The notes: generated by a model from the sequence alone, not told the origin. Positions 1 through 13,111 are shown, numbered from the stretch's first letter. The stretch is 64,000 nucleotides of DNA from Sporopachydermia quercuum (GCA_001599295.1 BCGN01000001.1:1054001-1118000); one strand, 5' to 3'. Program-made: numbers and translations.

Positions 1-1870
1 AGATAATCTAGTATAATCTTGTTGTAATGAAAATTGAGCGTCTGAACATATGAAGTACATTAAAATTACGGAATTTTGGAACTCACGGCTATTGAAGTTA
101 ACATATATAATGTCATATTAGTAATAGATCGCGTATGTTTTCGCTTTATATCTCTTCACCCGATTCATTCCTCTCATCTTTGATTACCTTTCCAAACGAT
201 TTTCATGTTGTGATATCGATCGGAATTAATAACCCATTCCAATTCATTGCGGAGTTAATATAATGGTACTAGTTGTCCAGGGGCATTCGGCAGATGCTTG
301 CATATGATCACATGAAAATGCATATTTTTTTTCCCCCGCCAAATTAATAATGCCAGTTAAATGACAATCAAATCACCCATCCATTGTAGTTAAGTTGATG
401 GTCTGACCTGAAAAAGCGTTCTGGATCTTAGGATCATTAGCTCTGTTGAGAGCAGATAACGNGATAGATAAAAAGAAACTAGGGAAGTTTCTACTGGAGA
501 ATTGGCAGAATTCAGCAATCGGTGGGTTTCAGAAAACAGAGGAAGATCTGCGTGACGTCTCCAATAGTTTCTTGGGATGCCGTTTCTTTCAGAACTCTTA
601 ATTCGGTGGATAAATGAATAGTATAGTATATACACATACTCGTTTACTTGGCTTACCTTTTAAATAGAATAACGGCAAATATTATCAAAAAAAAAGCATT
701 GCTCCGCAGCCAACTGACCAAGTGTATTCGTATCGCCAATTCGCTTATTGAAACAGTACATCATTAAAGTCATCAAATTATGTAAAGAACGCCTACTAAA
801 TCAAAATAGTTCATCAAAACCACATCTTCTCATCTACTCCACATTGAATTTTATTTTTACTTTTAGCTTTTACTTTAAATCTTTACTGTTTGGAAGCAAA
901 CTGGGCTCCGTCCCAACTCTCTCTACTGTATGTCTCAGTTTACTAGTCTCATCATTTCGATGCAAATTCGAACATTCTACTCTAAACTAAGTGGGTGATC
1001 GAATAGATAAACTTTCCTTTTTTATATTATTTTATTTGATCATGTTCAGAATAAGATTACTGGGCATTTCAAAAGTTCAGCAAAGCTTCCAGTCCTTCAA
1101 TATGTCGTTAAGCAAGCCTCAATTAACTCTCTTTTCCTCTTACCTATATTTTGTTGATCCTTCTTGTTGATGCGCATCCACTTGTTGATTTGGTACCAAT
1201 TTTTGCAGCTTTTAGTGTACTTATTTCCATAATTTCATTGATTTTACTCAAATCGGAAATTATGTAAATAGCAAACAAATAGAGAGCTTTTTATGAGACA
1301 TTTGAATTTTGACTGCTTGAGTAAGTAATATCACTTCATTATTTCTATTTTACGTTCTTTAGCAGGCAAATGAATAAGAGAAACATAGAAATCAAATATT
1401 ACTTTGCTATTAGTTATTCAAATTTTTGTATCTGTTAGTTGTTCATTCAAGTACATTGGTACATTGGAGTGTAAGCCTGTGGCTCTCTGATTGCATCTTG
1501 ACTTGCTACGTACTGAATGAATGAATGAGTAGATAGGTAATTAATTGAAATAGGGAAAACCTGCTGAAGAATTCATTGCTGAAGTTCTCGAAAGAAAGAN
1601 CTTGAAAGGACTCAAAATAAGAAAACCCTTCAACCAACGACAAACTTCAAGCAAATAATTTGCTATCAATCTGATCCTTTTGCTGTTGACTCAACCCCAG
1701 AAATGTTTGATCACTATTCTAAGATACGACAAGCAAAGTAACTCGAGACAAGTAACACAAGGATTTATCGTGTTTATTAAAGGTGTCTTTAAATGAGCTT
1801 TTGAGCTTTTGGATCAATAAAGTACTCATTTCGGTCTAATATTCATAACATCGTGTCGAAAAGAGGAAAG

Positions 1871-3784
1871 ATGATTTCCAATAATGTATTACGAAGTTCT
1901 TCTGAGAGCACCAATTCAAGGACCCCTAGTTCGAATGAGCTATTAAATCCTAACTCACATTTACTTGAAGCATCAAGATCAAGGTCATATTCCACATTTT
2001 CAGCTAAATCTATCCAATCTATGAGCTCTTTTCGGTCCCTTCAGACAGAACAAGANATTTCCATTCTTTCTAAGATTTGGAACCATCATCTAGGAATTAA
2101 TTCACTGAGAAACTCACCGAAAGATGCTTTCATTATTATTGCGTATCGCTTTACCCGCCTATTAGCGTATGGATGTTCATCTTTAATTCTTGCATTATTT
2201 TTCAAAGAACATGGATTTACGGAAAATTCCATTGGAATATTCATGTCATTTACTTTTATTGGAGATGTAATATCATCCCTCATATTCACTGTCATGGCTG
2301 ATCACATTGGCCGTAGAAACGTCTTGATTGTAGGTAGTTTATTAATGACTGTTTCAGGGCTGACATTTGCTACATGTTCCAATATTCANATTTTATTACC
2401 TATGGCAATAATAGGTATTATGAGTCCTGGAGGNGGAGACATTGGACCATTTACAGCTATCGAGGAATCAATGTTATCTTCTTTAATTCCAGTGAAATCC
2501 CGATCGGACGTTTTTGCTTGGTACTCATTATTAGGCTCAGTAGGGCATGCATCCGGTAGTTTTGTCGTTGTATTTATACGAGAAATATTGAGAGAGGGCC
2601 TTGATTTGGATATATTGGAAATATATCAAGCCGTCTATGTAGCATATGCACTATTGGGGGTTGTTAACTTCTTTAATTCTATATTTTTAAGCGAAATGTG
2701 CGAACTGAAATCCAAGCGAAAAACTAAAGCATCTATAACTATTATGAACAATCCAAGTGTTTCTGGAAATGAAACATGGATTGAAGGTTACTTTTCGGGG
2801 GATGACGCTTCTGCGGATCCTGCTGGTGTTAAAAAGAGCACAGTTTGCTTTGCCAAAAAGAAATCACTAATCTCTCGATATAGAAAGTCTTTTACATCGA
2901 TGACAGAAGGAAATCCTCCTACAGCTTCCGATATAGTTGCAGAGAACTCTTACCTGGAATGCGATCCATTTGATGATACTTTCAACGAATCAGCTATTGA
3001 TTCTGATGGTGAATACGACGAGTATGATACGACAATACATTCGGAACTGGAAGATGAAGTAGATGAAAATGGTGAGAATATTGGATCCTGTTCAATGGTA
3101 CGTGGCAGAAGTGAACTATCGACTAGATCTAACAAATCTACAAACTCTTTGGGTATAGTGAAACTATCAGCTGAAGATCTGTTCTCATTAATAATTCCAT
3201 TGTCTATTCTGTTTGCTTTAGATTCGTTTGCTTCATCTTTGATATCTCAAAGTTGGATTTCCTATTACATTTCAAAGAAATTCAATGCCGACCTGACTCA
3301 ACTAGGACAATTATTTTTTTACACTGGTATTTTGTCATGCTTTTGTCCTCTATTGGGGTCATTCTTAGCCAAGACGTTTGGCTGTGTGTTGACAATGGTG
3401 TTCACTCACCTTCCTGCATCAATCTTATTGATTTTACTACCATTACCATCTTCATTAGATGTTACCGTTTCCATTCTGTTGGTAAGAGCAATAACATCTA
3501 CACTGGATGTTGTTCCAAAAACTGTATTTCTGTCTATCATCATACCAGAGGAAAAACGTACCTTTGTGATGGGATGGATAGGAGCTGTAAAGTCACTATC
3601 ACAGACATCTGGACCTACAATTACTGGCGTATTAGCTTTTAATGGTAAACAAGTGTATTGTTTTATATTAGCTGGAGCTTTGAAGATATTGTACGATTTG
3701 GGTTTATTGGTTAAGTTTGTTTCGTTAGAAAGAAGTCTAAGAAAAAAGAGAACCTCCGAGGATGTCAGCCATGGGCTGGTTTAA
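1871..3784 (+). CDS. Major facilitator superfamily transporter (YJR124C-like), substrate unknown
   Basis: Two blocks of ~6 hydrophobic helices with MFS motif A-like 'MADHIGRRNVL' and 'GDIGPFTAIEES', separated by a long acidic/Ser-rich loop. First ATG is at 1871; the track start at 1853 is GTG. Confidence 0.85.
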   Translation: MISNNVLRSSSESTNSRTPSSNELLNPNSHLLEASRSRSYSTFSAKSIQSMSSFRSLQTEQXISILSKIWNHHLGINSLRNSPKDAFIIIAYRFTRLLAYGCSSLILALFFKEHGFTENSIGIFMSFTFIGDVISSLIFTVMADHIGRRNVLIVGSLLMTVSGLTFATCSNIXILLPMAIIGIMSPGXGDIGPFTAIEESMLSSLIPVKSRSDVFAWYSLLGSVGHASGSFVVVFIREILREGLDLDILEIYQAVYVAYALLGVVNFFNSIFLSEMCELKSKRKTKASITIMNNPSVSGNETWIEGYFSGDDASADPAGVKKSTVCFAKKKSLISRYRKSFTSMTEGNPPTASDIVAENSYLECDPFDDTFNESAIDSDGEYDEYDTTIHSELEDEVDENGENIGSCSMVRGRSELSTRSNKSTNSLGIVKLSAEDLFSLIIPLSILFALDSFASSLISQSWISYYISKKFNADLTQLGQLFFYTGILSCFCPLLGSFLAKTFGCVLTMVFTHLPASILLILLPLPSSLDVTVSILLVRAITSTLDVVPKTVFLSIIIPEEKRTFVMGWIGAVKSLSQTSGPTITGVLAFNGKQVYCFILAGALKILYDLGLLVKFVSLERSLRKKRTSEDVSHGLV

Positions 3785-4208
3785 GAGCTCAGAGGGTGGA
3801 ATGTAGATTATTAAATGTGTTGATGTATGAAATATTTTATTTTTTTATGTAACTAATAAAGTAGTTCCAAGAAATCTCGGGATTACAATGTAGACTGTTA
3901 ATGTCAATAGCATTGAAAGCAATACGGAGATTATCTGAGAGTTCCGGGGACTATACCTGGAGGGGAATGTCTGAGATAAGTCAAATGAAAGATAAAGGAT
4001 CAAGACTGCTAAAGAATTATGATCATTAACGTGGCAATTTCAAATTAAATCAAACCTATTTTCTCTAAAACAAATGATACCGTAAGTTATATATAGTTAC
4101 CTAANTTTCATCTAATAAATATATGATAAAATCGCTTATGTTAAAACTCTTGGTCATTACCAGTTCAGCGCATTGTGAGAGAGACTATCCTGGTACTTCC
4201 CCTTATCC

Positions 4209-4278
4209 CACGTGATAGTTAAGTTATTACCTTCTCCGAAATTTTGAAATCAGGTCATCTCATTGAAGTGAAAATTTT
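4209..4278 (+). promoter_or_regulatory. CACGTG (Cbf1-type) and RRPE (TGAAAATTTT) elements upstream of TPA1
   Basis: CACGTGAT at 4209-4216 and TGAAAATTTT at 4269-4278, about 220-290 bp before the TPA1 ATG. RRPE is typical of ribosome-biogenesis and translation genes. Confidence 0.5.
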
Positions 4279-4494
4279 CCTTATGGTGAACCCATTTACA
4301 TACAAATCAAGAGATATCAACATCAGAATCCTAACTCTTCTGCTGACATAGGAGCACCTAATCAATAGAAAGTTGCCTCGAGACTGTTTTTATTTTGTGT
4401 TGCTAGATATACACTGGCCCTGCTGTTTTAATTGAAACTGTAAATGTGGACATCACAATTGTTTTAACGTTTAAGTACCGGTAAGCTTTCAGCA

Positions 4495-6339
4495 ATGACA
4501 GTTAATAAGAGACCAGCTGACTCTGGTGCCATTGAAGACTCAAGCAATAAAAAGATTAGAGAGTCTGTTGAATCCTCATTCCACGAAGGTTTATTGTCAA
4601 ACAAATATAAGGAACAATTGAAAAGTGAGATTTCGAATTCTGGTCCCTACAAGCATGGTGTGATTCCTCAGTTATTTGAAGATTCTTTGTTACGAAATGT
4701 AAGAGATGAAATCTTATCCCAAATTCACTTCACCAAGAAGGAAACAGACATCTACAAGGTATTTCAAACAGGAGATCTGGCAAACTTATCAGGACTTGAT
4801 GTTGAAGAACAGAATCAATTAAAACATCTAATGATTTTAAGAAATGCCTTGTATTCGCCAGAATTCAGACAATTTATGTCTTATGTTACTGGCTGTGGAG
4901 ATTTAAGTGGATCCAAACAAGATCTTTCTATCAACCTTTATTCAAAGGGATGCCATCTATTGAATCATGATGATGTGATCGGTACAAGACGGATTTCCTA
5001 CATCTTATACTTGCCTCCACCTGATAAGCCATGGAACCCAAAGTGGGGTGGAGCTTTAAGATTGTATCCTACTCTTACTGATAATGTTCCTATTGCTGAT
5101 TATACATTATCCCTACCGCCATCATGGAACCAATTGGCATTTTTTACTGTCCAGCCTGGACTGAGTTTTCATGATGTAGAAGAAGTTTATGTTGATCAAC
5201 CTAGATTATCGATTTCTGGCTGGTTTCATATTCCTCAAGCTGGAGAGGAAGGTTTTGTTGAAGGTGAAAAGGAAGAAACAGAAGCTAGATCAAGCCTGCA
5301 ACAGCTTCAATCGAAAGCATTACTTGAGTATGATTTTCCTAGGCAAGTCTTTGATCCTGTTTCTCCTCCTTTTGGAAATGAGAGTTCACTTTCTTTTTCT
5401 CCTGTTGATGAAGAGTATTTAGCTGAGTTCATCAACCCAGTCTTTCTCACCAAAAATCAAATTCAGCATTTACAAGAAGTATTCTTAGAAAACTCCAAAC
5501 TTGAATTATCAAACATTTTGAACAAATCATACAGCAATGTCTTGAAGAAAGCCATTTTGTCTGGGGAGTATGCTAAAATGCCCACTACAGAATCGGAAGT
5601 GAAATTTCCGTGGAAATTATCCGTACCTCCTCATAAGTTCAGATACTTATATTTGGATGGGAGAAAACTAGAAAAACGCTATGACGAGAACAATAAGCCT
5701 CTGGAAATAGATTATAAGGACCCAGCTGATTTCGACAATTGTAAAGGATTTGGTGATGACACTTGTGCTGCAGCTCTAAGTAAATTAGCCAATTATTTAC
5801 GTTCAAACGCATTTCATAAATGGCTAACTCTTGTTACTAATCTAAATCTCAAAGGAGAGCAGATTTTGTGCCGGAGGTTCCGCCCAGGTATGGATTTTAC
5901 CTTAGCAACAACCCCTGATATTCCAGAAGATACTGGCCGGGAAACATATATTAATGCTTTACTGGAGGCAACCTTGAATGTCACACCTACTGATGGTTGG
6001 GAAACAGGAGAATTAGGAGGTTATGAAGTAGGCATGATGACAAAGGAAGAGGAAGATGACGATCCTGCTGTTTATAAAGGAGGTGATAAAGAAGACGATG
6101 ATGATGATCCAGTACTATTTACTAATCAGGCCAGTTGGAATAATTTAACTATTATTCTACGCGATTCAAATGTGCTAAAATTTGTAAAGTATGTCAGTAA
6201 GAATGCTCCAGGAAGTCGGTGGGACTTTGAATGTAAATGGGTTGTGGAAGCCAAAGATGATGACGCCGAAGGAGACGAAGCAGTTCAAGAAGGGGAGAAG
6301 GCCAAGAACGTTGAAATTAAAGAGAAGGAAAAAGAATAG
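4495..6339 (+). CDS. TPA1: uS12 prolyl 3,4-dihydroxylase Tpa1/Ofd1 (2OG-Fe(II) oxygenase)
   Basis: 'FTKKETDIY', Fe-binding 'CHLLNHDDVIG' (HxD), 'SFHDVEEV', 'RLSISGWFH' and C-terminal Ofd1 domain 'RRFRPGMDFTLAT'. Confidence 0.95.
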   Translation: MTVNKRPADSGAIEDSSNKKIRESVESSFHEGLLSNKYKEQLKSEISNSGPYKHGVIPQLFEDSLLRNVRDEILSQIHFTKKETDIYKVFQTGDLANLSGLDVEEQNQLKHLMILRNALYSPEFRQFMSYVTGCGDLSGSKQDLSINLYSKGCHLLNHDDVIGTRRISYILYLPPPDKPWNPKWGGALRLYPTLTDNVPIADYTLSLPPSWNQLAFFTVQPGLSFHDVEEVYVDQPRLSISGWFHIPQAGEEGFVEGEKEETEARSSLQQLQSKALLEYDFPRQVFDPVSPPFGNESSLSFSPVDEEYLAEFINPVFLTKNQIQHLQEVFLENSKLELSNILNKSYSNVLKKAILSGEYAKMPTTESEVKFPWKLSVPPHKFRYLYLDGRKLEKRYDENNKPLEIDYKDPADFDNCKGFGDDTCAAALSKLANYLRSNAFHKWLTLVTNLNLKGEQILCRRFRPGMDFTLATTPDIPEDTGRETYINALLEATLNVTPTDGWETGELGGYEVGMMTKEEEDDDPAVYKGGDKEDDDDDPVLFTNQASWNNLTIILRDSNVLKFVKYVSKNAPGSRWDFECKWVVEAKDDDAEGDEAVQEGEKAKNVEIKEKEKE

Positions 6340-6649
6340 ATTCAATTTCCATAGATGTGTTGAAATCTTATGGATCAATATGTGTGGTTATAAGTTAGTC
6401 AAAAAATAGAGGTGCTATGATTGTTATGAGTATACTTTCATCAACTGTAGAGACACTGTTTGGTTGTTTGGTATGGTATAGTTCTCTTGGAACACTGTAG
6501 ACCATTTATTGCTTGCAGTTATAGAAGGAAAGAATCATTCAGAATAGTTACACGCACCATTCTACAAATCAGAGTTACAATAGAATCAATACTTTAAACA
6601 TAAAATCAAATAAACAAACTAAACATCACAAAATAACATGTATAGTCAA

Positions 6650-7886
6650 TTAGATATCATCGGTTTCAATTTCTTTAGCTTCATCTTCTTCCTTGAGCTT
6701 TTCAACTTCAGGTAACAAAGTGGCCAAAGTTTCATAAGCAGCCTTATGGAAAGCTAATTGAGCAACAATCAATTCAATTAAAGAAGAAAGAGTTTCAGTG
6801 TTATCAATAACAGATCTCATGATAGCAACTGCATCCTCGGTAGCAGTAGCAAATTCGTCTTCGGCAGTTTCCATTGCAACTCTTGCAGCAGCTTGCTTTT
6901 CAGGCTTAACACTCTTAGCATGAGCTCTAGCTGCGTCGTAGGAAAGGCGCTTGTTGGCAACATTCTTACGAGCTTTAGTAGCAGAGGCAATAGAATCTTT
7001 GAGTATCTTATTGACTGGTTCATTGAATCTTTGAGTAATCAACTTATCTTGAGAGAGTCTTGCATCCCCAATTTTTTGTTCAGCCAATGAGTACTTTTCT
7101 AAAGCAGTAGCTAATGACGCAGTAGATGAGGCAGAAAGTTCAGTAGATGCAGCTAAAGCAGCTCTTCCAAGAGCGTGATTCAGGGTCTTTGGAGGAGCCT
7201 TAGGCGCAGATGAGGTCAGAACAGCTTGAGCTTCTTGAGCAGATGAGGCATGGGTTAAGCCTTGAACTTTGCCTGAAACTGTCTTAGAGAAATCAATAAA
7301 CGATTCTTTCTATACAGATAAAATAGTTAATAAAAATTCATGAAATATGAACAAAGGCAATGAAACTCCTATTCAGCGTTTCACAGTTGAACATCAAATA
7401 AACGTACCAAATTAGGAGGATAGTCGTAACTCTCATTTTCATACTGAGATCTGTCAGTGTTCGGTTAATACTCTGTAATGAAACATTCAGACATGACAAT
7501 ATTCATGTTTTACCACCTGCAGTGCCGTAGACTATACTGCAAAACACAACTACCAAATGACCACATACGTAACAGCTAACAATTGTTGATGGACGTCTTT
7601 CAAGGCATCGATCTTTTTTTCTAGTTCAATATATTCTTGAGGCAATTTGCTCTAAAAGTTAGGTAGTTAGAAACAGTTTATATCCAGATCAAGTAAATCA
7701 TAACCGATTCTTTCCCATTCCAATACTTACAACATCTTCTGCGTTTCCAAGCTTCTCTTGAACTAATCGTGTAGTCCTTTGAGCAACAGGTGTGATATTT
7801 GATCCAATAGTTTGGATATTTGTACCAATTTGACTTCCGAATTCTTTCAATCCTTCGTTGAATTTTGCAAAATTAAATCCACTCAT
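6650..7886 (-). CDS. GVP36: BAR-domain protein Gvp36 (4 exons, 313 aa)
   Basis: Exons 7886-7731, 7651-7569, 7450-7408, 7309-6650. Introns: 7730-7652 (GTAAGT..CCTAAC..TAG), 7568-7451 (GTATGT..TATTAAC..CAG), 7407-7310 (GTACGT..TATTAAC..TAG). The spliced frame is open and gives 'SKLPQEYIELEKKIDALK..YENESYDYPPNLKESF..PPKTLNHAL'. Confidence 0.88.
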
Positions 7887-8785
7887 TTTGATATTGGCTA
7901 TTCTATCTCTTAACTATTCAATTGCAGNATCAAAGGTATGGTAGACGATGTAGGTATGCTGTAGATGGATGAGATCTGAACTAAAACACGTAGAACTTTT
8001 AAGTGATAAATTTGTTGGGCTATAAAAAACAAATCCAACTAAATAGCAATTCAATTATCTGTTTGAAAACGTTATTTCTATTCAACAGAAGTATATCCAA
8101 CATATAATGAAGGTGATATAAGTCATAAATTACTCCACTGTCATGAGCCTCTTGTTTAAGATTCAATTTCCTCTCACGTTTGCATTTTGGATTTGTGCTT
8201 TGGTGTCCCATATGGAATTTCTATTTCTGGCAGTTAAATCAAACTTGCTTGCGAAGGGAGAGATAATAAACTATTGAAGGGGGGTAACTGGAGATTTTGA
8301 TTCTGGGAAGACTTAGAGATTGATGCAAGGAAAGAGCGATTACTACATATATGTATGTATGATAACGATTGAGAATGAAAAGGTAAGTAAAAAATAATAT
8401 ATTCTGTTTGACAGTTTTTCATTAGGTTGAGGTTACATAGGGCTATTGACGTAGTTTTAAGATGGAACAAAACATTTGGAATGAGGGTTTAGACAAAAAA
8501 AGAAAAAAGCGTTTGAACAGGCTATGACGGTTTATATAGTTTTTGTTTAGTATATTTGGAGTGCTCATTGTTGGATAGCATAATTCTTTCGTTGTTTGTT
8601 TGAATTTTTTATGTAATTAGACCGTTTGCTCTAGTTGATATACGAAAGTATAATCGCTACAAAAACATTCAGGGACGTTGTATAAATTATTAGTCATTAA
8701 TTTGCAATCAGCATGGTCTCAGATTTATGTTAAACTCTTGCTTGATCATTATCTCATCTTATTAAGTACCTACTCACCAATTATA

Positions 8786-10342
8786 CTAATACATTCCAAC
8801 ATCGGTATCTTGATTATTTTCTGGAATGTGATCTTCATCATCAGGCTCATCATCAAGATAAGTATCTCCTTCCGCGCGAATATACTCATCAATTAGCTGC
8901 TGGACCATCTCTCGACTTTCCGCGAACTCACCCATAATTCCATCACGATTTATGCTATCAAACATAGCTGACATTCTTCTGAAGTTTTCTAAAAACGCAG
9001 TTCGTTTAATCAGTTTATCATATTGATGGCTTGTCTTCATTAGTATACTTTTCATACTTGTAGTATTCGATATCATTAGTCCAGATACTGGCATAGTTGA
9101 GTTCGAGAATCCGCTTTTCGACTCAAGAAAAGGAGATCTCAAACCTTGTGCGACGTGTAATGAAGATGGACCCCATGATATAAAATCGGCTCTTTTCTGT
9201 GCTTTCACTATACCCTTTCTCACATCCATCTGATCAATATTACCCAATAGAATATCAAATGTCGAGATATACTTTCCCTCGTCATCAGGACAATCTATCA
9301 TACGTATCTTCTTATTCAGGAGTTCCAATATCACATCGTAAGCTGTTGATTTCCTTACATCCTTAGCCTGACTGACAAATTCGCTTGTGAACGGCGTGAA
9401 GCTTGTTGTAAGGAAATGTAGCGATGGATTGGGTATTAAGTTTGATAGAATAGAGTTCATAGTGTTGTACATATAACCAGGAAACCTCAGTGGATTTGAG
9501 ACTGTTGACATAATCGTGGCTATAAGTTGATTTGTTTGTTCAAACGATGGGTTCTGTAGTGACAACGTTTTATAAGCAATGTTGCTTAATGCTGCGTTAT
9601 CAAACACGTAACAAGCATCTGTGAATTCAATCAATCGTTTTAACGTTAAAATAGAATTGTAAGGCTGAACAACAATGTCATTATTAGAAGGAAATACGGA
9701 AAACGACGTCACAATCTTCTTAGGATATCGATCTGCCAAGTTTTCCAAAAGGCAACTGCCAACACCAGACCCAGTACCACCAGCAATTGAATGAATTAGT
9801 TGGAAACAACTTAAATTATCACAATTGTCCACTTCTCTATCTATCATATCACTTAGAACTTCTGCTTTACTTTGCCCGTGATCAAATCCTAAAGCCCAAT
9901 TATTTCCTGCTCCTGCACCTGACGAAGCAAGATATATATTACGCGGGTTAAACATGGAGCCATATGGACTTGCTAGGATTCCATTCACTACCCGTGGTTC
10001 CAAATCAACCAATAACGATCGCGGCACATATTTAAAGTCATCGGATTTGTAAAAATATACTTCGGGCTTATCTGTTCGAGTCCCAGGAGCTATGGGTTGG
10101 AACACCGAGCCTTCTGCTGTATTACTAGTGGTTGGAATTTCAACTGATGTACCATCGTTGCTTATTCCATGCTCTCTGCACAACTGAGACCAGAATTGTT
10201 GGCCAATTTGGTTTCCACATTGGCCTACTTGTAGGGTGATAATTTCACTAAATATGATAATTGTTAGTAATTAGTTCATATGTAAATCTGCGTATGAACT
10301 ACACAATGACTTTCAGTACACCGGACCCACATACCCTGACAT
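8786..10342 (-). CDS. TUB4: Gamma-tubulin (2 exons, 489 aa)
   Basis: Exon 1 10342-10335 (ATGTCAGG), intron 10334-10248 (GTATGT..TACTAAC..TAG), exon 2 10247-8786. Gives '[18 protein letters not shown]', 'DLEPRV', 'GAGNNWA', '[10 protein letters not shown]', '[11 protein letters not shown]'. Confidence 0.95.
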
Positions 10343-11812
10343 CGCGTATTCGGTTCGTTGAGAGGCGATAAATCAAAGAATTCGTAGTCGTGTAGCAGAA
10401 CACTTTAATTCAAAACTAGTTTTATCGTGAAGCTGTTCANACGAACGGTGATCACGATATCAGCACAATGGGTCAGCTAATTATGTTTACACTTTATACT
10501 CTGTGGCANTTCAGTGCGATTCGTATCTGAGGTGAATAAAGTCGAAAGCTCCGTTTCCGAAAAAAAAATCACTGTATTCTGTATTTCCAAATAAAAATAC
10601 AGCTATACTTCAACCGTTCTCCATTGGTGATTGTCAATCGTTTCTCTTAATTTCTTTAGCCTACATTGTTTTTATTATTTTTGTTGATTTATCATTGTTG
10701 TTTCATAGAAAGAAGTAGATAAACAAAGAAAATCCTCTAATGGGATGAAAAGCTAATATAGATTACATAATCTATTAAGTTAATTTTACATCAAATTTCC
10801 ATATGTAATTTCAAGTGTGAACTGAGACTTGAGGTTATCAATGCTTATCAGATCGTCTACATGGAACACCTGTTAAGAGCAAGGTTATACGAACGTTCCC
10901 GTCTTTTGGTCGCTTTTTTTCAAACATTCCTCTTACCAAACTATGGATACTCTTCACCGTGTTACTTCTAACGTTTGTAGCGGAATGAGATCCAAGATAT
11001 GCAGAACTGCACCTTATTTTATGGTTCTTTTGATCTTCCTTTCGAAATTAGTGAGTAAACTTTGATAGGTAGTTTCCCGATTCAGGCTTCAAATTTTCTC
11101 CGCAATCGGCAAAAAAGCCCGGGACAAACAATTGTTCGAAATGAATAAGGGAAAAAACTGACGGGCGAATGATGAACTAAACCAAAAAAGCGAATAATTG
11201 TAGATCGAAATAAATCTGGAAATGCTCATAGGATTATGGGCTTACAATTGATAATGGGAAATATGAATGACAATTGGCCTGTCAGTCAATGGTAGCCTTG
11301 TTGGGAACGAATCAAAAAGGCAAACTGTTGGCAGAATATATCAATGGCCAGCAATAGTCAATCTCGTAAATATCAAAAAAAAAAAATAAAGAACTGTAGC
11401 TAAAATGTAAAATTAAATACACAACTCACCTCATCATTTTCATGCCTAAAAAAGAAATTATATGTATGTATTCATCCCTTCATTACGTTCCTGAAGTGAA
11501 GATCCAAACGTGTTATCAGTACTTCCAGAGTAAGGCATTCCATACTTAAACAGCTGTCACTATATATAAGAACTGACACATCCTGTTTAGAATCCATTTC
11601 CTTTTCTCTTAAAGGCTACACAAAACAATCAAGACCTCCTATAAAGTATTCATCGTTTATTTCTCTCTCTGTTCTCCTTCTCATCAGATACCATGTATCT
11701 TTTATAGGTAAACAGCAATTGAATCTAGACTTCGTATCTCATCTTGTATTATTGGAATCAGGAGGAGTTCAGGATTTGTTGTTCAAACGGCTCATACCCT
11801 TAATTACATTTG

Positions 11813-11925
11813 GTATGCTTCATTGCATTTGTTCATTTGTTACACCAAAGGAAGAATTAATCAGAAGCATATTGAAACAAAAGCTACAATTGAGTAAATC
11901 CTTTGAGGCTAATTGTTTGTTATAG
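11813..11925 (+). other. Possible 5'-UTR intron of CBR1
   Basis: GTATGC donor at 11813, GCTAAT branch-like motif at 11908-11913 and TAG acceptor at 11923-11925. It lies downstream of TATATATAAG (~11561) and 78 nt before the ATG. Confidence 0.35.
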
Positions 11926-12003
11926 ACTATAGAACCTAGAGGGTAGAACAGTATTTGCTCCTTTTGTCGAACCTTTTGCGAAGAAAGATCGATTGCTAAG
12001 AAA

Positions 12004-12834
12004 ATGAATGAAATTCTAGTTGGGATTGCAGTAGCAGCAATCGCTCTGTATGCATTATACATTTTTTCATCAAGCGGATCAAAAGCCGTTTTGAAGCCAG
12101 ATGAATTCATTGAGTTACCATTAGCTGAAAAGACTGTGTTGACTCATAATTCGGCGGTTTATAGATTCTTATTACCAAGAAAGACAGATGTTTTAGGATT
12201 GCCAATTGGTCAACACATTTCTATAGGAGCCAACATTGATGGAAAGGAGATCGTTAGGTCATACACGCCAATTTCTACTGATGATGATGCTACTGGATAT
12301 GTTGATCTATTAATTAAAACTTATCCCAATGGTAATATTTCGAAGCATGTTGCAGAACTGAATATCTACGATACTATCAAGGTCAGAGGGCCCAAGGGAT
12401 TCTTCACTTATACTCCTAATATGGTTAGATCTTTTGGTATGGTTGCTGGCGGAACTGGCATCACTCCAATGTATCAAATTATTAAAGCAATTGCTAGAAA
12501 CCCTGAAGATAANACAGAGGTGAATTTGATTTATGCTAATGTCAATGAAGAAGATATTCTTTTGAAGAAGGAATTAAACGATATTGCAGCTAAGAACTCC
12601 AATATCAAAATCTATTACGTTTTGAACAATCCACCTGAGAATTGGACTCAAGGTGTTGGTTTCGTTACTCCTGAAATCCTCAAAGCTAATATCCCATCTC
12701 CTGCTGGCGATGTCAAACTGCTTCTATGTGGTCCTCCTCCTATGACTAGTGCTATCAAGAAGGCAGCTGTTGGTTTAGGCTACGAAAAAGCTAAGCCTGT
12801 ATCTAAGTTACCTGATCAAGTGTTCGTTTTTTGA
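12004..12834 (+). CDS. CBR1: NADH-cytochrome b5 reductase
   Basis: N-terminal membrane anchor, FAD motif 'RSYTPIS', 'LGLPIGQHI', NAD motif '[13 protein letters not shown]', 'CGPPPM' and terminal 'DQVFVF'. Confidence 0.93.
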   Translation: MNEILVGIAVAAIALYALYIFSSSGSKAVLKPDEFIELPLAEKTVLTHNSAVYRFLLPRKTDVLGLPIGQHISIGANIDGKEIVRSYTPISTDDDATGYVDLLIKTYPNGNISKHVAELNIYDTIKVRGPKGFFTYTPNMVRSFGMVAGGTGITPMYQIIKAIARNPEDXTEVNLIYANVNEEDILLKKELNDIAAKNSNIKIYYVLNNPPENWTQGVGFVTPEILKANIPSPAGDVKLLLCGPPPMTSAIKKAAVGLGYEKAKPVSKLPDQVFVF

Positions 12835-13111
12835 ACTGGTATATGGCCGCTAATTGATGTAGATAATAAATAACTATCGAACGAATTTAATACTAACAAA
12901 TGGTTATTTTTCACGTAGAGTTGGAAACCTTGGGGTGAGAATCCAAACCTGAATGCAAACTTGACTCCAGAAAACGAAACAGTAATAAATTTTTTTTGCT
13001 ACGGATAAAGTATAATATACAATTTTGAACTTGGTCTATTTAATCTATGATATGTGACTATCATTTATGAATCTATGATTGTATGACTGTATGTATGTGA
13101 TGTAATGTGAT

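Noticed and set aside
390..990. Short ORFs 390-635(-) and 748-990(+)
   Set aside because: Non-ATG starts, no recognisable motifs and promoter-like composition.
10800..11100. Mixed-composition stretch between TUB4 and CBR1 considered as an snRNA/snoRNA or small spliced gene
   Set aside because: No match to U1/U2/U4/U5/U6 or C/D box hallmarks that I can recall, and no ATG-initiated spliced frame. An Rfam scan would be needed.
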